A DNA stretch of 64,000 nt from an uncultured Acidobacteriaceae bacterium (lineage in GTDB: Bacteria > Acidobacteriota > Terriglobia > Terriglobales > Acidobacteriaceae): the NCBI GenBank assembly GCA_963758135.1, contig CAVWUF010000002.1:110822-174821 (forward strand), written 5' to 3'. Made by a program: the position numbers and the translations under genes. The notes beneath the pieces were generated by a model. The model was given only the letters and a program-made list of their open reading frames with translations, had not been told where the DNA came from and did no database searches. The number at the start of each line of letters is the position of its first letter. Positions within the stretch are counted from its first letter, which is position 1. Below are positions 8,601-17,383 of the stretch, piece after piece.

Positions 8601-10186
8601 CGCTGAAGGGGCTGGAAGCGGCGGGAGTGGTCACATCCTGGTTTGGGGTTCTGGGCGACTACCGTGCGATGCGGTTTCCGGTGTCGGTGGGAACGATGGC
8701 GCCGGGCAACGTGATTCTGATCGCGGAGGGCGCGAGCGCGATGCCGCCGGGGCTGAGCGTGCCGGGTGTGGAGGCGCCGACGCTGGCGGTGCGGGTGAAT
8801 CCAGTCGATCCCTATGGGAAGGTGCTGATCGTGACGGGGGCGGACGCCGAACAGACGCTCGAGGCTGCGCAGGCGCTGGCGACGGGCTGGCCAGGACTGC
8901 AGGGAGCGACGGCCGCGGTTACCGAGCTGAATTTGCCGGCTAAGAGCAATGCGGACGATGCGCCGCGCTGGCAGGAGCCGGGTGGCAAGGCGCAGTTGTG
9001 GAACTACAGCTCGACTGATTCTCTGCAGGGAGACGGCAATGCGCCGATGACGGCGTACTACCATGTGCCGCCGGATCTGTTCTACGGGGATAAGCAGAAC
9101 GCGCTGCTGCACCTGGACTATCGCTATAACTCGATTCCTATCGGACCTATTTCGAGCATGCAGGTGGAATCGAACGATGCGTATCTGGGGTCGGTCCCGC
9201 TGATTCCCGGAAAAGAGGCCTCGAGGGATACTTCGGTGAATCTGGCGATTCCTGTGGTGAACCTGCGGCCGTTCTCGAACTCGATGAAGTTCATGCTGAC
9301 GTTTGAACTGGTGAAGAGCGGGAATTGTCAGGATACGACGCCCATCAATTTGATGGGGTCGATCCTGAGGAGCTCGTATCTGGATCTGAGCGGGCTGCCG
9401 CACTGGGCCGCGATGCCGAATCTGGAGTTGTTCTCGAATGCGGGATTTCCATTCACGCGGTTTGCGGACCTGAGCCAGACGGAAATTGTGTTGCCGGAGC
9501 AGCCGTCGCAACAGGAGATTGAGATTTACCTGACGATGATGGGGCACTTCGGCGCCGAGACTGGTTATCCCGCGCTTCGTGTCACGGTGGCGGGTCCGGA
9601 GGCACTGCGTGCGGGCGCGGCGGAAGATTTTTTGGTGATCACGACGGGGCAGAGCAACGGGGCCGTGGGAAAACTGGCGGCGGGGATGCCGGTGACGTTC
9701 GGGGAACACAGCCTCAAGGTGCAGGACACGCGTGGATTCTTCTCGATGTTTCACAATATGTGGTGGAAGATACCGGCGACGGATCAATTGTCTTCCGGAG
9801 AGATTGGAACGAACGGGGTTCCGGATGCGCTGATCGAGGAGATTGAGTCGCCGTATGCGAGCGGGCGGACGGTGGTGCTGATCGACATGAAGAGCGCGGC
9901 AAACTTCGAGCCGATGATGAAGTCGTTCATGGAAAGCTCACAATCGAGCGCGGTGTCGGGAACCGTGGCCCTGCTGGAAGGGACGCATTTCGAGAGCTAC
10001 CGGATCGGCAACAATGTGTATCATGTCGGAGTTCTGCCGTGGTGGACGGCGCTGGGGTTGTGGTTTACGCAGGTTCCCTGGATGGTGGACCTGGTGGTTT
10101 TGGCAATCAGCTTCGTTTTCGCGATCTGGATACGGGGGTGGTTGCGTGCGCAGGCGCGGCGGCGGCTCCAGGTGATGGAGGGATAG
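5639..10186 (+). CDS. bcsA: cellulose synthase catalytic subunit BcsA fused in frame to the periplasmic subunit BcsB
   Basis: GT2 signatures are present: LDDGNREEF, FDSDHVP, TEDAHT, QRIRWARG (QxxRW). PilZ motifs RQTRQHVR and DVSSGG follow. Then come the TM-like MMLLLVVGLAAWGTVARA, an A/G-rich linker and about 730 aa of BcsB-like sequence with a C-terminal TM anchor. No stop codon separates the parts. The likely start is ATG 5639 (track ORF starts at 5576). Confidence 0.9.
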   Translation: MTQAEMWDVVEPERGPVFRLMRLVLIAFGMVAMVFFGTLALSWPQQAVLGLLILLICVWLSRVSDSYLITLTLMMLSMFATFRYAWWRVSAIAIFLQDPGSKWDRADVFFIFLLLGAEVYAFSILYLGFLQTVWPLRRAPVPLPDDAEDWPEIDLLIPTYNEPLNVVRYTALASLNIDWPAEKLHVYILDDGNREEFREFALEAGIGYMTRADNLHAKAGNINHALKSLSAPYVAIFDSDHVPTRSFLQMTVGWFLRDPRLGMLQTPHHFYSPDPFERNLGQFRVIPNEGELFYGIVQDGNDFWNAAFFCGSCAVLRREALDEIGGIAAETVTEDAHTCLRMQIRGWNTAYINIPQAAGLATERLSAHVKQRIRWARGMVQILRIENPLFAPNLTLAQRLCYFNAMTHFLYALPRLIFLTAPLIYLIFGFTNVPGYWIAILAYALPHLTLSSVTNSRIQGYHRHSFWNEIYETVLSPYILLPTLTALLNPKLGKFNVTAKGGLVTQTFFDARIARPFIVLLAFNVLGLLMVIPRFVHFPGLLGPLWDGTHPGTILTNALWTCFNIVILSVCVAVAREARQTRQHVRINFAAPVRVRVREGRIVPGQTIDVSSGGLSMELLEELPAIPGEALKAIFPLRTGDAELPASVVSLTNGVLRLQFDPLTVAEEELLTMVLFSRADSWLGWGEAREVDQPLRSLGRIIQIAFRGLGMAIGSMRPGRSDGRRRKPLPAQSMMLLLVVGLAAWGTVARAQSNDAGAAAQTQTGAAGGAAGTGAAGGAKKEVDDAEGEPATQEGALAAGTQSAAGGNAGTAKPVAGTFSTEENLFDLGVPGPINLRGTDSFNTTYFAIPQNEVVKQASMHVYYHVSPSLIPSLSHIKVMLNGTLFATLPVPETPTNGATIERDVVVPAELLVRNNQLTFEFIGHYTQTCEDPENSTLWAHVDPNTRIMIAGDFLPLIDDLRLLPLPFFDAKLARPAVIPVVFGAAPSLKGLEAAGVVTSWFGVLGDYRAMRFPVSVGTMAPGNVILIAEGASAMPPGLSVPGVEAPTLAVRVNPVDPYGKVLIVTGADAEQTLEAAQALATGWPGLQGATAAVTELNLPAKSNADDAPRWQEPGGKAQLWNYSSTDSLQGDGNAPMTAYYHVPPDLFYGDKQNALLHLDYRYNSIPIGPISSMQVESNDAYLGSVPLIPGKEASRDTSVNLAIPVVNLRPFSNSMKFMLTFELVKSGNCQDTTPINLMGSILRSSYLDLSGLPHWAAMPNLELFSNAGFPFTRFADLSQTEIVLPEQPSQQEIEIYLTMMGHFGAETGYPALRVTVAGPEALRAGAAEDFLVITTGQSNGAVGKLAAGMPVTFGEHSLKVQDTRGFFSMFHNMWWKIPATDQLSSGEIGTNGVPDALIEEIESPYASGRTVVLIDMKSAANFEPMMKSFMESSQSSAVSGTVALLEGTHFESYRIGNNVYHVGVLPWWTALGLWFTQVPWMVDLVVLAISFVFAIWIRGWLRAQARRRLQVMEG

Positions 10187-10350
10187 ACACGGGTTGAGAG
10201 CCTGAATCGAGCCCGGCGGTTCAGGCTTCGATTTGCACAGATTCGCGCGGGGGCGGGCGCAAACTGTAGTTGCATCTGCTGCGTTGGATGGCGAAGATGG
10301 ATTCACAGTCGAATCGCTGAAGTGAGGACCCTTCGTTGAGAGGCAAGGGC

Positions 10351-13300
10351 ATGTTCCGCACGCTGGTGAGGTTCTTGAGCCTGGCTGCGGTTCTTTGCCT
10401 GGGCGCGGGGCCGTTGCAGGGGCAATCCGCGGCGGAGAAGGCGCTGCTCGAGAAGGCGCGATCTCTGGACCAGTCGGGGCACCTCGACCTGGCGGCGCAG
10501 ACCTGGCAACAGATTCTTCTTTCCGATCCTAATAATCAGGATGCGCTGGCAGGGCTGGGACGTTGGGCGAAGCTGAGCGGGAACGACGCGGAAGCGGAGA
10601 CCTACATCGAGCGCCTGCGGGCTGTGAATCCGAACAGCCCGGAGATTGCGAAGATCCAGGCGCTGGTGAGCAGCAAGGCACAGAACCAGTTGCTGCAGCA
10701 GGCCGCGGAGCTCGCGAGGAACGGGCACAACGAAGAGGCACTGAAAATCTACCGGCAGGCGTTCGGGGAACATCCACCGGACAACTGGGCGCTGGCGTAT
10801 TACGACGCGGAGGCGGGGGTTCCGTCGATGCGGCCAGACGCTGTCAATGGCCTCAAGAGGCTGGTAGTGAAGTATCCGAGCGACTCGCAGTATTCGATCG
10901 ATCTGGGGCGCGTGCTCAGCTACGATGCTTCGACGCGGGCCGAGGGGGAGAGGATTCTGAGCCAATATCCGCAGGATGCGGCGGCGCAGGCGGCGCTGCG
11001 GGCGGCGCTGGTGTGGGATGTGCAGAATCCGGCGTCGTGGGCGGCGGTTCGGCAATATCTGAAGCTGCATCCCGATCCTGAACTGGCGAAGGAACTGGCG
11101 GAGACGGAGGCGCGGCAGGCGACCGCAATGACGGGGATTGCGCGGACCGCGGCGGAGCAGGCGGCGTTCCGGCAACTGGCGGCGAATCATCTGGCAGTGG
11201 CGGAGGCGGCGTTTGCCGCACTGAATGCTCAGCAGCCGGCGAATCCGCGGGTGCTGGCGGGGCTCGGCTTTGTGCGGATGAAGCAGAGCAATTTCAGCGA
11301 GGCGGTGCAGTTCTTCGAGCAGGCCGAGGCGAACGGACTCCGCAGCCCTCTGATCGCGGTGTCGCTGTGGACTTCCCGGTTCTGGAACGCGATGCAGCAG
11401 GGCACCGAGGCGCTGAACGCGAACCGGCTGGATGAGGCGGTGAAACAGTACAAGGCGGCGCTCGCGCTGCGACCATTGAGCGTGGACGCGCTGATCGGGG
11501 AAGCCGGCGCTTACATGAAGATGCAGGAGCCGGAGCAGGCGGTTCCGCTGTATCGGCAGCTGGTTCGCCGGCAGCCGAGACTGGCGGCGGCATGGATTGG
11601 GCTGGTGTCAGCCGAGACCGAGGCTGGACAGGGGAAAGCGGCGATCGCGACGGCGAGGCAGTTTCCGCCAGCGGTGCGAAGGAGTGCGGCGAAGGATCCG
11701 GCATACTTGCAGACTCTGGCCAGGGCGTATGTGGAAGCTGGGCAGAATGCGCAGGCAGAGCGCAGTCTGGCGCAGGCGATGAACCTGCATTATGGGGCAA
11801 GCCAGGAGAATCTCAAGACCGGGATTGCCTTGCAGTATGCAGCTCTGTTGGGGCAGGACAAGAACTATGCGCAGGCGGCGACGATCTACCGCGGAGTTCT
11901 GCACGGCGATCCGAATAACGTGAGTGCATGGCAGGGGATGGTATCGCTGGAGCATCTGGCGGGACGCGACGCGGATGCGATTGCGATGGTCGAGCGGATG
12001 CCGCCCGAGGCTTACGACAGCGCGCTGCGGGACGGAGGCTTCCTGTCGATGCTGGCGGCGATTTATCAGAGCCAGAATCATCCGGATGTTGCGGAGGGGT
12101 TTCTGGAGCGCGCGATCAGGATTTATGAGGGCAATGGGCAGCCGTTGCCGATTCCTCTGCAACTGCAGGTGGCGGCGGTCGATCTGGAACGTAATCATCC
12201 AGACGCGGCGTACCGGATTTACCGGAGCGTGCTGACGGAGCATCCGGGGAGGCTGGATGCGTGGAAGGGTCTGCTGGCGGCGATGCACGCGACGGATCAC
12301 GACACGGATGCGCTGGCGCAGATTCAACAGATACCGCCGGCGGTACGGAAGGCGCTGGCGACAGACGTAGAGTACGAGCAGACGCTCGCGGCCATCTACG
12401 CGGCGAATGGCGATGAGCGCGGAGCGTTGGCGTTGCTGACGGAAGTGGAGGACTACTACCGGGGCGAGGGCCGTATGGCGCCGGTGAATGTCGACATCGA
12501 GGATGCGTGGACGCTGTTCAATGTGGGCGACGATCGAGAACTTTACCGGCAGTTGATGAGGCTGGGCGATCGCCAGGGCATGACGGACGACGAGCGGCGC
12601 GAGGTGCAGACGATCTGGGCGTCGTGGGCGCAGCGAAGAGCGGCGCAGGCGGCAGCGGCTGGGAATCCGCGGCGCGCGGTCGACATACTGATGGCGGCGG
12701 CAGCGGCGTTTCCTGGGAACCCGGCGGTGAGCAAGGCACTGGCGGTGGGATTTGTGCAGGCTGGGCAGCCGAAGGATGCCATGGCAATCTACCAGGCGCT
12801 GGATATGACGAATGCATCAGCTTCGGATTATCAGAGCATGGTGGGCGCGGCGGTGGCCGTCGAGAACATGAAGCAGGCGGAGGCGTGGCTGCGGCTGGGG
12901 CTGCAGAAATTCCCGAACGATCCGAAGGTGCTGGCAGCGGCGGCGCAATTCGAGCAGGCGCGCGGAGATCGCGCGAAGGCTGAAGACTACTGGAGGGCTT
13001 CGCTGAAGGCGATGCCGCCAGTTTCTCCGGCGACAAATCTGGCGCACCAGCTGGACCAGCCGGACGTGGTGAAGCAGACGAGGCCGGGCAAGCCGTCTGA
13101 TCTGGTGGACCTGCTGAATCCGGACAGAGAGCCGGGGATGGAGGCAGGCGGCAGCGCGGTGGCGTTGCCGAGTTACAGCAACCCGAATCCGAGCCGGGCG
13201 AGCGCTCAACAGTATGGGCCCGATCCTTATTACATGGGGACGGCTCCGGTTGAGATCAACAACGGAGCTGGGCAGAAGCCTGAGGGGAACGGCGAGCTGC

Positions 13301-15102
13301 CGGATCCGCTTGTGTTTTCCCCGGCTCCTTCGACTGGCGGTGCGGGGCTTGGGAGTGGGTCGGGCGTGTCTGCGGCAGGGACCGCGGGCGGGGCATCTGC
13401 AGGGAGCGGCGCGACTGCTCGGCCCGCGACGACGACACGCACGACTCACGGTAAGGCGAAGCCGGACACGACACCGGGATCAAAGCCGGGGACGAAAGCG
13501 CCAAAGCCATCGCCGGTGAAGCCGTATGTTCCGCAGGCGTCGGCGCCAGCGAGTAATGGGGGAACCCGAGCTGGCATTCCGGTGGAACAGCCTCAGGAGC
13601 TTGGACTGGAGACAGGTCCGGCGCTGAGGTCGCTGCCGAATGCGGGGGATGCGGGGACGCAGGCGCGAGCAGCGCTCGATACGGCGAAGAAGCCGGTCGA
13701 TCCATCGATGGCTTCGACCCAGTACGACGCGCAAGGCAAGGAGATTGAACCGGAGCCGGAACCAGGAGCTCCATCGAGCGAGCAAAAGCCGGATTATTTC
13801 GAGCGGCCTCCGGCCCCGAGTGGCGGCGCGACGGACGATGACCTGATGCGGGAGAATCTGCCGCCGCTGCGTGGGCCTTATGAGCGCCCGGCGATTGTAC
13901 GGCAGCAGAATTTGCGGGAGCAGGCGCAGATGCAGCTGGGGTACATCATGGCTGGGTATAGTCCGTGGCTGGGTGGCACCGGGTTTGTGAATCATCGCAG
14001 CGGGACGGCAGGGTTCGATTCGCTCACCGCGCTGGACGCGCCGTTCGAGGCTTCGGCGTCGCTGGGCCGGGGCGCGAGGATCACGGTTGTTTCGAACCCG
14101 GTGTTTCTGGATTCGGGTGCGCCAACCACGTCGCCGATACTTCCAGGGGGCGTCGTGGAGCGGCTGGGCACGGCGCCGGCTAGCGCTGTGCTGAACCAGC
14201 AGAACGCGACGGGCATAGGCGGCGAGGTGCAGCTGGCGACTTCGAATTTCGCCGTGAGCGGCGGTTATTCGCCGTATGGATTTCTGGTTTCGAATGTGAT
14301 TGGAAGGCTGAACTGGAAGCCGGCGAACGGGCCATTTACGTTTACGGCTACTCGCGATTCGATCAAGGATTCGCAGCTATCGTATTCGGGTTTGCACGAT
14401 CCGGGGTCGGCGGGGCCTGGATACGAGGGGAACACCTGGGGCGGAGTGATCGCGACCGGCGGAGATGTGCAGTTCGGCGCCAGCCAGCCCAACTCCGGAT
14501 TTTATGTCAGCGGCGGTGGGCAGTACATCAACGGCGTTCACGTCCAGACCAATCACCGGTACGAGGGAGACGCAGGCGCTTACTGGCGGGTGAAGGAGGT
14601 TCCCGACGAAGGCAACCTGACGCTGGGTGTCAATTTCTTCGGGATGCACTATACGTATAACTCGAATTTCTTCACCTATGGTCAGGGTGGGTACTTCAGC
14701 CCGCAGGCTTACTACCTGGCAGACGTGCCGTTCTCCTTCCAGGGGCGATATGGGGCGAACGTTCACTATAGCGTGGTCGCGGCATTTGGGGTTGAGGCAT
14801 TCCAGCAGGATAGCGCGCCGTTTTTCCCGCTGGATACCGCGCTCGAGGTTGGGAATAACAATCCCTCCTATTCCGCGGAGACGGTGGTGAGCGGGAACTA
14901 CGACTTTCACGGCGAGATGGCCTATCACCTGAGCGATCACTGGTTCGCGGGGGGCTTTCTGGCGCTGAACAACACGCGGAACTACGACAACCAGGTGGTT
15001 GGGTTCTTCGTGCGGTGGGATTCGAAGGAACAGAGGGAATCGGACCTCGGGCCTACGGGCCTTTATCCCTGGGATGGGTTGCGGCCTTATCTGGCTCCTT
15101 AG
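10351..15102 (+). CDS. bcsC: cellulose synthase operon protein BcsC (TPR array plus C-terminal outer-membrane beta-barrel)
   Basis: Signal peptide MFRTLVRFLSLAAVLCLGAGPLQG. About 900 aa of TPR repeats, a ~280-aa P/G/S/T-rich insert, then a beta-barrel-like C-terminus (GYSPWLGGTGFVNHRSG ... GFFVRWD). Alternative TTG start at 10336. Confidence 0.85.
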   Translation: MFRTLVRFLSLAAVLCLGAGPLQGQSAAEKALLEKARSLDQSGHLDLAAQTWQQILLSDPNNQDALAGLGRWAKLSGNDAEAETYIERLRAVNPNSPEIAKIQALVSSKAQNQLLQQAAELARNGHNEEALKIYRQAFGEHPPDNWALAYYDAEAGVPSMRPDAVNGLKRLVVKYPSDSQYSIDLGRVLSYDASTRAEGERILSQYPQDAAAQAALRAALVWDVQNPASWAAVRQYLKLHPDPELAKELAETEARQATAMTGIARTAAEQAAFRQLAANHLAVAEAAFAALNAQQPANPRVLAGLGFVRMKQSNFSEAVQFFEQAEANGLRSPLIAVSLWTSRFWNAMQQGTEALNANRLDEAVKQYKAALALRPLSVDALIGEAGAYMKMQEPEQAVPLYRQLVRRQPRLAAAWIGLVSAETEAGQGKAAIATARQFPPAVRRSAAKDPAYLQTLARAYVEAGQNAQAERSLAQAMNLHYGASQENLKTGIALQYAALLGQDKNYAQAATIYRGVLHGDPNNVSAWQGMVSLEHLAGRDADAIAMVERMPPEAYDSALRDGGFLSMLAAIYQSQNHPDVAEGFLERAIRIYEGNGQPLPIPLQLQVAAVDLERNHPDAAYRIYRSVLTEHPGRLDAWKGLLAAMHATDHDTDALAQIQQIPPAVRKALATDVEYEQTLAAIYAANGDERGALALLTEVEDYYRGEGRMAPVNVDIEDAWTLFNVGDDRELYRQLMRLGDRQGMTDDERREVQTIWASWAQRRAAQAAAAGNPRRAVDILMAAAAAFPGNPAVSKALAVGFVQAGQPKDAMAIYQALDMTNASASDYQSMVGAAVAVENMKQAEAWLRLGLQKFPNDPKVLAAAAQFEQARGDRAKAEDYWRASLKAMPPVSPATNLAHQLDQPDVVKQTRPGKPSDLVDLLNPDREPGMEAGGSAVALPSYSNPNPSRASAQQYGPDPYYMGTAPVEINNGAGQKPEGNGELPDPLVFSPAPSTGGAGLGSGSGVSAAGTAGGASAGSGATARPATTTRTTHGKAKPDTTPGSKPGTKAPKPSPVKPYVPQASAPASNGGTRAGIPVEQPQELGLETGPALRSLPNAGDAGTQARAALDTAKKPVDPSMASTQYDAQGKEIEPEPEPGAPSSEQKPDYFERPPAPSGGATDDDLMRENLPPLRGPYERPAIVRQQNLREQAQMQLGYIMAGYSPWLGGTGFVNHRSGTAGFDSLTALDAPFEASASLGRGARITVVSNPVFLDSGAPTTSPILPGGVVERLGTAPASAVLNQQNATGIGGEVQLATSNFAVSGGYSPYGFLVSNVIGRLNWKPANGPFTFTATRDSIKDSQLSYSGLHDPGSAGPGYEGNTWGGVIATGGDVQFGASQPNSGFYVSGGGQYINGVHVQTNHRYEGDAGAYWRVKEVPDEGNLTLGVNFFGMHYTYNSNFFTYGQGGYFSPQAYYLADVPFSFQGRYGANVHYSVVAAFGVEAFQQDSAPFFPLDTALEVGNNNPSYSAETVVSGNYDFHGEMAYHLSDHWFAGGFLALNNTRNYDNQVVGFFVRWDSKEQRESDLGPTGLYPWDGLRPYLAP

Positions 15103-15323
15103 GCGTAACTCAAGCGAAAACGTGCATGGCAGGGAGGTTATGCCCGCCCTATCACCAGCGCATGCGCGATAGGGCCGAGCAAGGCGTGTAGCGAAATTTT
15201 ATCTTGCATAAGTGGCCCCGGAGGACTTACAAAGAGGGAACATCATTCCCCCAAATAGCCATTGCGGATGCTGAGGTATCCGTGTGGAATTTCGGAATTA
15301 TCGTCCGAATTGCGAGGCCTGCC

Positions 15324-17348
15324 GTGGTTCGATCGCTGCGTCGCCCCTGTTTATTTCCGATCGTTTGTCTACTCCTGGCCGCGTCGATCCGGGCGTTTGG
15401 CGCTCCCACCTGGACCGATCCCACCCCCGACGAACTGAAGATGACCACCGATCCGGCAGCCCCGGATGCGCCCGCGATCTTTCTCTTCCGCGAGGAGACG
15501 GTGGACGATAACCTCCACTACCACCGCCTCTACGCGCGGATCAAGATTCTGACGGAAAAGGGGAAGCAGGACTACAGCGATGTAGAGATTCCCTATGAAG
15601 CCGGGGTCGCGAATGTTCGGGCTGTGGAGGGGCGCACGATCCATTCCGATGGAACGGTGATTCCGTTCAGCGGCAAGCCTTACAGCAAGGAGCTGCAGAA
15701 GAACGGCGAGCAGAAGATCATGGCGAAGGTCTTCAGCATGCCGGACGTACAGGTCGGCAGCATTCTGGAATACCGGTATGACCTCGAATACGAAGATAAC
15801 TGGTACATGCCGCCGTACTGGTACATCCAGCAGCCGGTTTTTGTGCGCAAGGCGCATTATCACTTCGTCCCATTGAATCTGGCTGCCACTTTTAAGGTTC
15901 TGACGAGTAAGGATGCGTTTGGGAAAGAAACAGTGGCGAACCGGCTGCTTTTCTATGCGGGGCTGCCGCCGGGCGTGAAAGTGCGGGAAGGGATGGATGG
16001 GTATGACCTCGCCGTAGACAACATTCCGCCGCTCGCGCACGAGGAATTCTCGCCCCCGCTGGATAGCTATTCCTACCGGCTGATCTTCTACTACTCCGAA
16101 GCGTCGGGCGAGGTGGACTTCTGGAAGGCGGAGGCGAAAGTCTGGGCAAAGGATGTGGATCGGTTTGCCAACCCGTCGGACAAGATAAGGCAGGCGGTGG
16201 CAGGAATTGTGGCCCCCGGGGACACGGACGATCAGAAGCTGCGCAAGATTTATGCCGCTGTGATGGCTTTGGAGAACACACGGTTCACACGAGAGCACTC
16301 GCAGGCGGAGAACAAGGCGGCGGGGTTGCGCGTGAAGACCGCGAGCGACATCTGGGAGCAAAAAAGGGGAAGCGACGACGAACTCGCGCGGCTGTTCATT
16401 TCGATGGCGCGGGCCGCGGGGTTCAAGGCTTATGCGATGGCGGTGACGGAGCGGGACCGCAATGCACTGAACCCGGGATATCTGGACTGGGGGCAGTTCG
16501 AAGATGAGATCGCGATTGTGAACGTGGGGGGCAAGGATGTGCTTTTCGATCCTGGGCAGCGTTACTGCGAATACGGGAAGCTGCACTGGATGCACACGCA
16601 GGTGGTCGGTATCCGGCAGAACGACAACGGCGGGGGAGTGCTGGAGACACCGTCGGCGGGCTACCAGGATAACCCTATACATCGGATGGCCGATCTGGAG
16701 TTGAGCGGCGACGGGACCCTGAAGGGGACCATACGCGTCACGATGAATGGCGCGGATGCGCTGCGCTGGCGGCAGGAGGCGCTGCGCTCCGACGAAGAGG
16801 AAGTGAAGAAGGATTTCGATGAGGTGATGCGGCGCGAGGTTCCGGACGGCGTCCAGGTAAAGACGAGTCACTTCGTGGGGTTGACCGACAGCACAGCCGG
16901 GCTGATGGTGGTAGCCGATGTGAGCGGGAGCCTGGGCACGCGCACTGGAAAGCGGGTGGTGCTGCCGAGCGCGTTTTTCGAGGCGAGAACCAGGCCATTG
17001 TTCGCCGAAGAGAAGCGGGAGAACCCTGTGGACCTGCGCTATCCGTACATTGCGCAGGACAGCGTGAGTCTGAAGCTGGCGCCGGGTTTGACGGTGGAGA
17101 GCCTCCCCAACAAGTCTGAGTTCACGATGAAGCAGGCAGCGGCCTACAAGGCGAGTTACAGCTTCAAGGACAACGCCTACACTCAGGAACGGGTTCTGGC
17201 GGTGGGGCTCACTCGTTATAAGAAAGAGGAGTATCCACAGCTGCGCGATTTCTTTCAAAAGACGGGAGCCCAGGACCAGGAACAACTGGTGCTGAAGCAG
17301 GCCGCGGTGACGGCCACTGCGGCTGGTGGCTCGGGACAAAGCGAGTAA
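15324..17348 (+). CDS. DUF3857 / transglutaminase-like / DUF3858-type secreted protein, paralogue 1 (catalytic Cys and His absent)
   Basis: Track ORF 15204..17348. GTG 15324 gives the signal peptide VRSLRRPCLFPIVCLLLAASIRAFGA. N-terminal DUF3857-like region (YHRLYARIKILTEKGK ... PDVQVGSILEYRY). The transglutaminase-core position reads KRGSDDELARLFISMARAAGFKA. Confidence 0.75.
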   Translation: MVRSLRRPCLFPIVCLLLAASIRAFGAPTWTDPTPDELKMTTDPAAPDAPAIFLFREETVDDNLHYHRLYARIKILTEKGKQDYSDVEIPYEAGVANVRAVEGRTIHSDGTVIPFSGKPYSKELQKNGEQKIMAKVFSMPDVQVGSILEYRYDLEYEDNWYMPPYWYIQQPVFVRKAHYHFVPLNLAATFKVLTSKDAFGKETVANRLLFYAGLPPGVKVREGMDGYDLAVDNIPPLAHEEFSPPLDSYSYRLIFYYSEASGEVDFWKAEAKVWAKDVDRFANPSDKIRQAVAGIVAPGDTDDQKLRKIYAAVMALENTRFTREHSQAENKAAGLRVKTASDIWEQKRGSDDELARLFISMARAAGFKAYAMAVTERDRNALNPGYLDWGQFEDEIAIVNVGGKDVLFDPGQRYCEYGKLHWMHTQVVGIRQNDNGGGVLETPSAGYQDNPIHRMADLELSGDGTLKGTIRVTMNGADALRWRQEALRSDEEEVKKDFDEVMRREVPDGVQVKTSHFVGLTDSTAGLMVVADVSGSLGTRTGKRVVLPSAFFEARTRPLFAEEKRENPVDLRYPYIAQDSVSLKLAPGLTVESLPNKSEFTMKQAAAYKASYSFKDNAYTQERVLAVGLTRYKKEEYPQLRDFFQKTGAQDQEQLVLKQAAVTATAAGGSGQSE

Positions 17349-17383
17349 GCAACAGGTTCTTGTTTAATTTTGGGGTCAATGCT

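Noticed and set aside
7481-9787. 768-aa minus-strand ORF antisense to bcsAB. Similar long antisense or off-frame ORFs: 10303..11190, 15369..17339, 25762..27201, 27209..28912, 30556..31590, 46989..49784, 60991..62160, 62431..63903.
   Set aside because: They have Arg/Pro/His/Gly-rich low-information compositions and no motifs. Each fully overlaps a gene with strong family signatures on the other strand or frame. These are typical shadow ORFs of GC-rich DNA.
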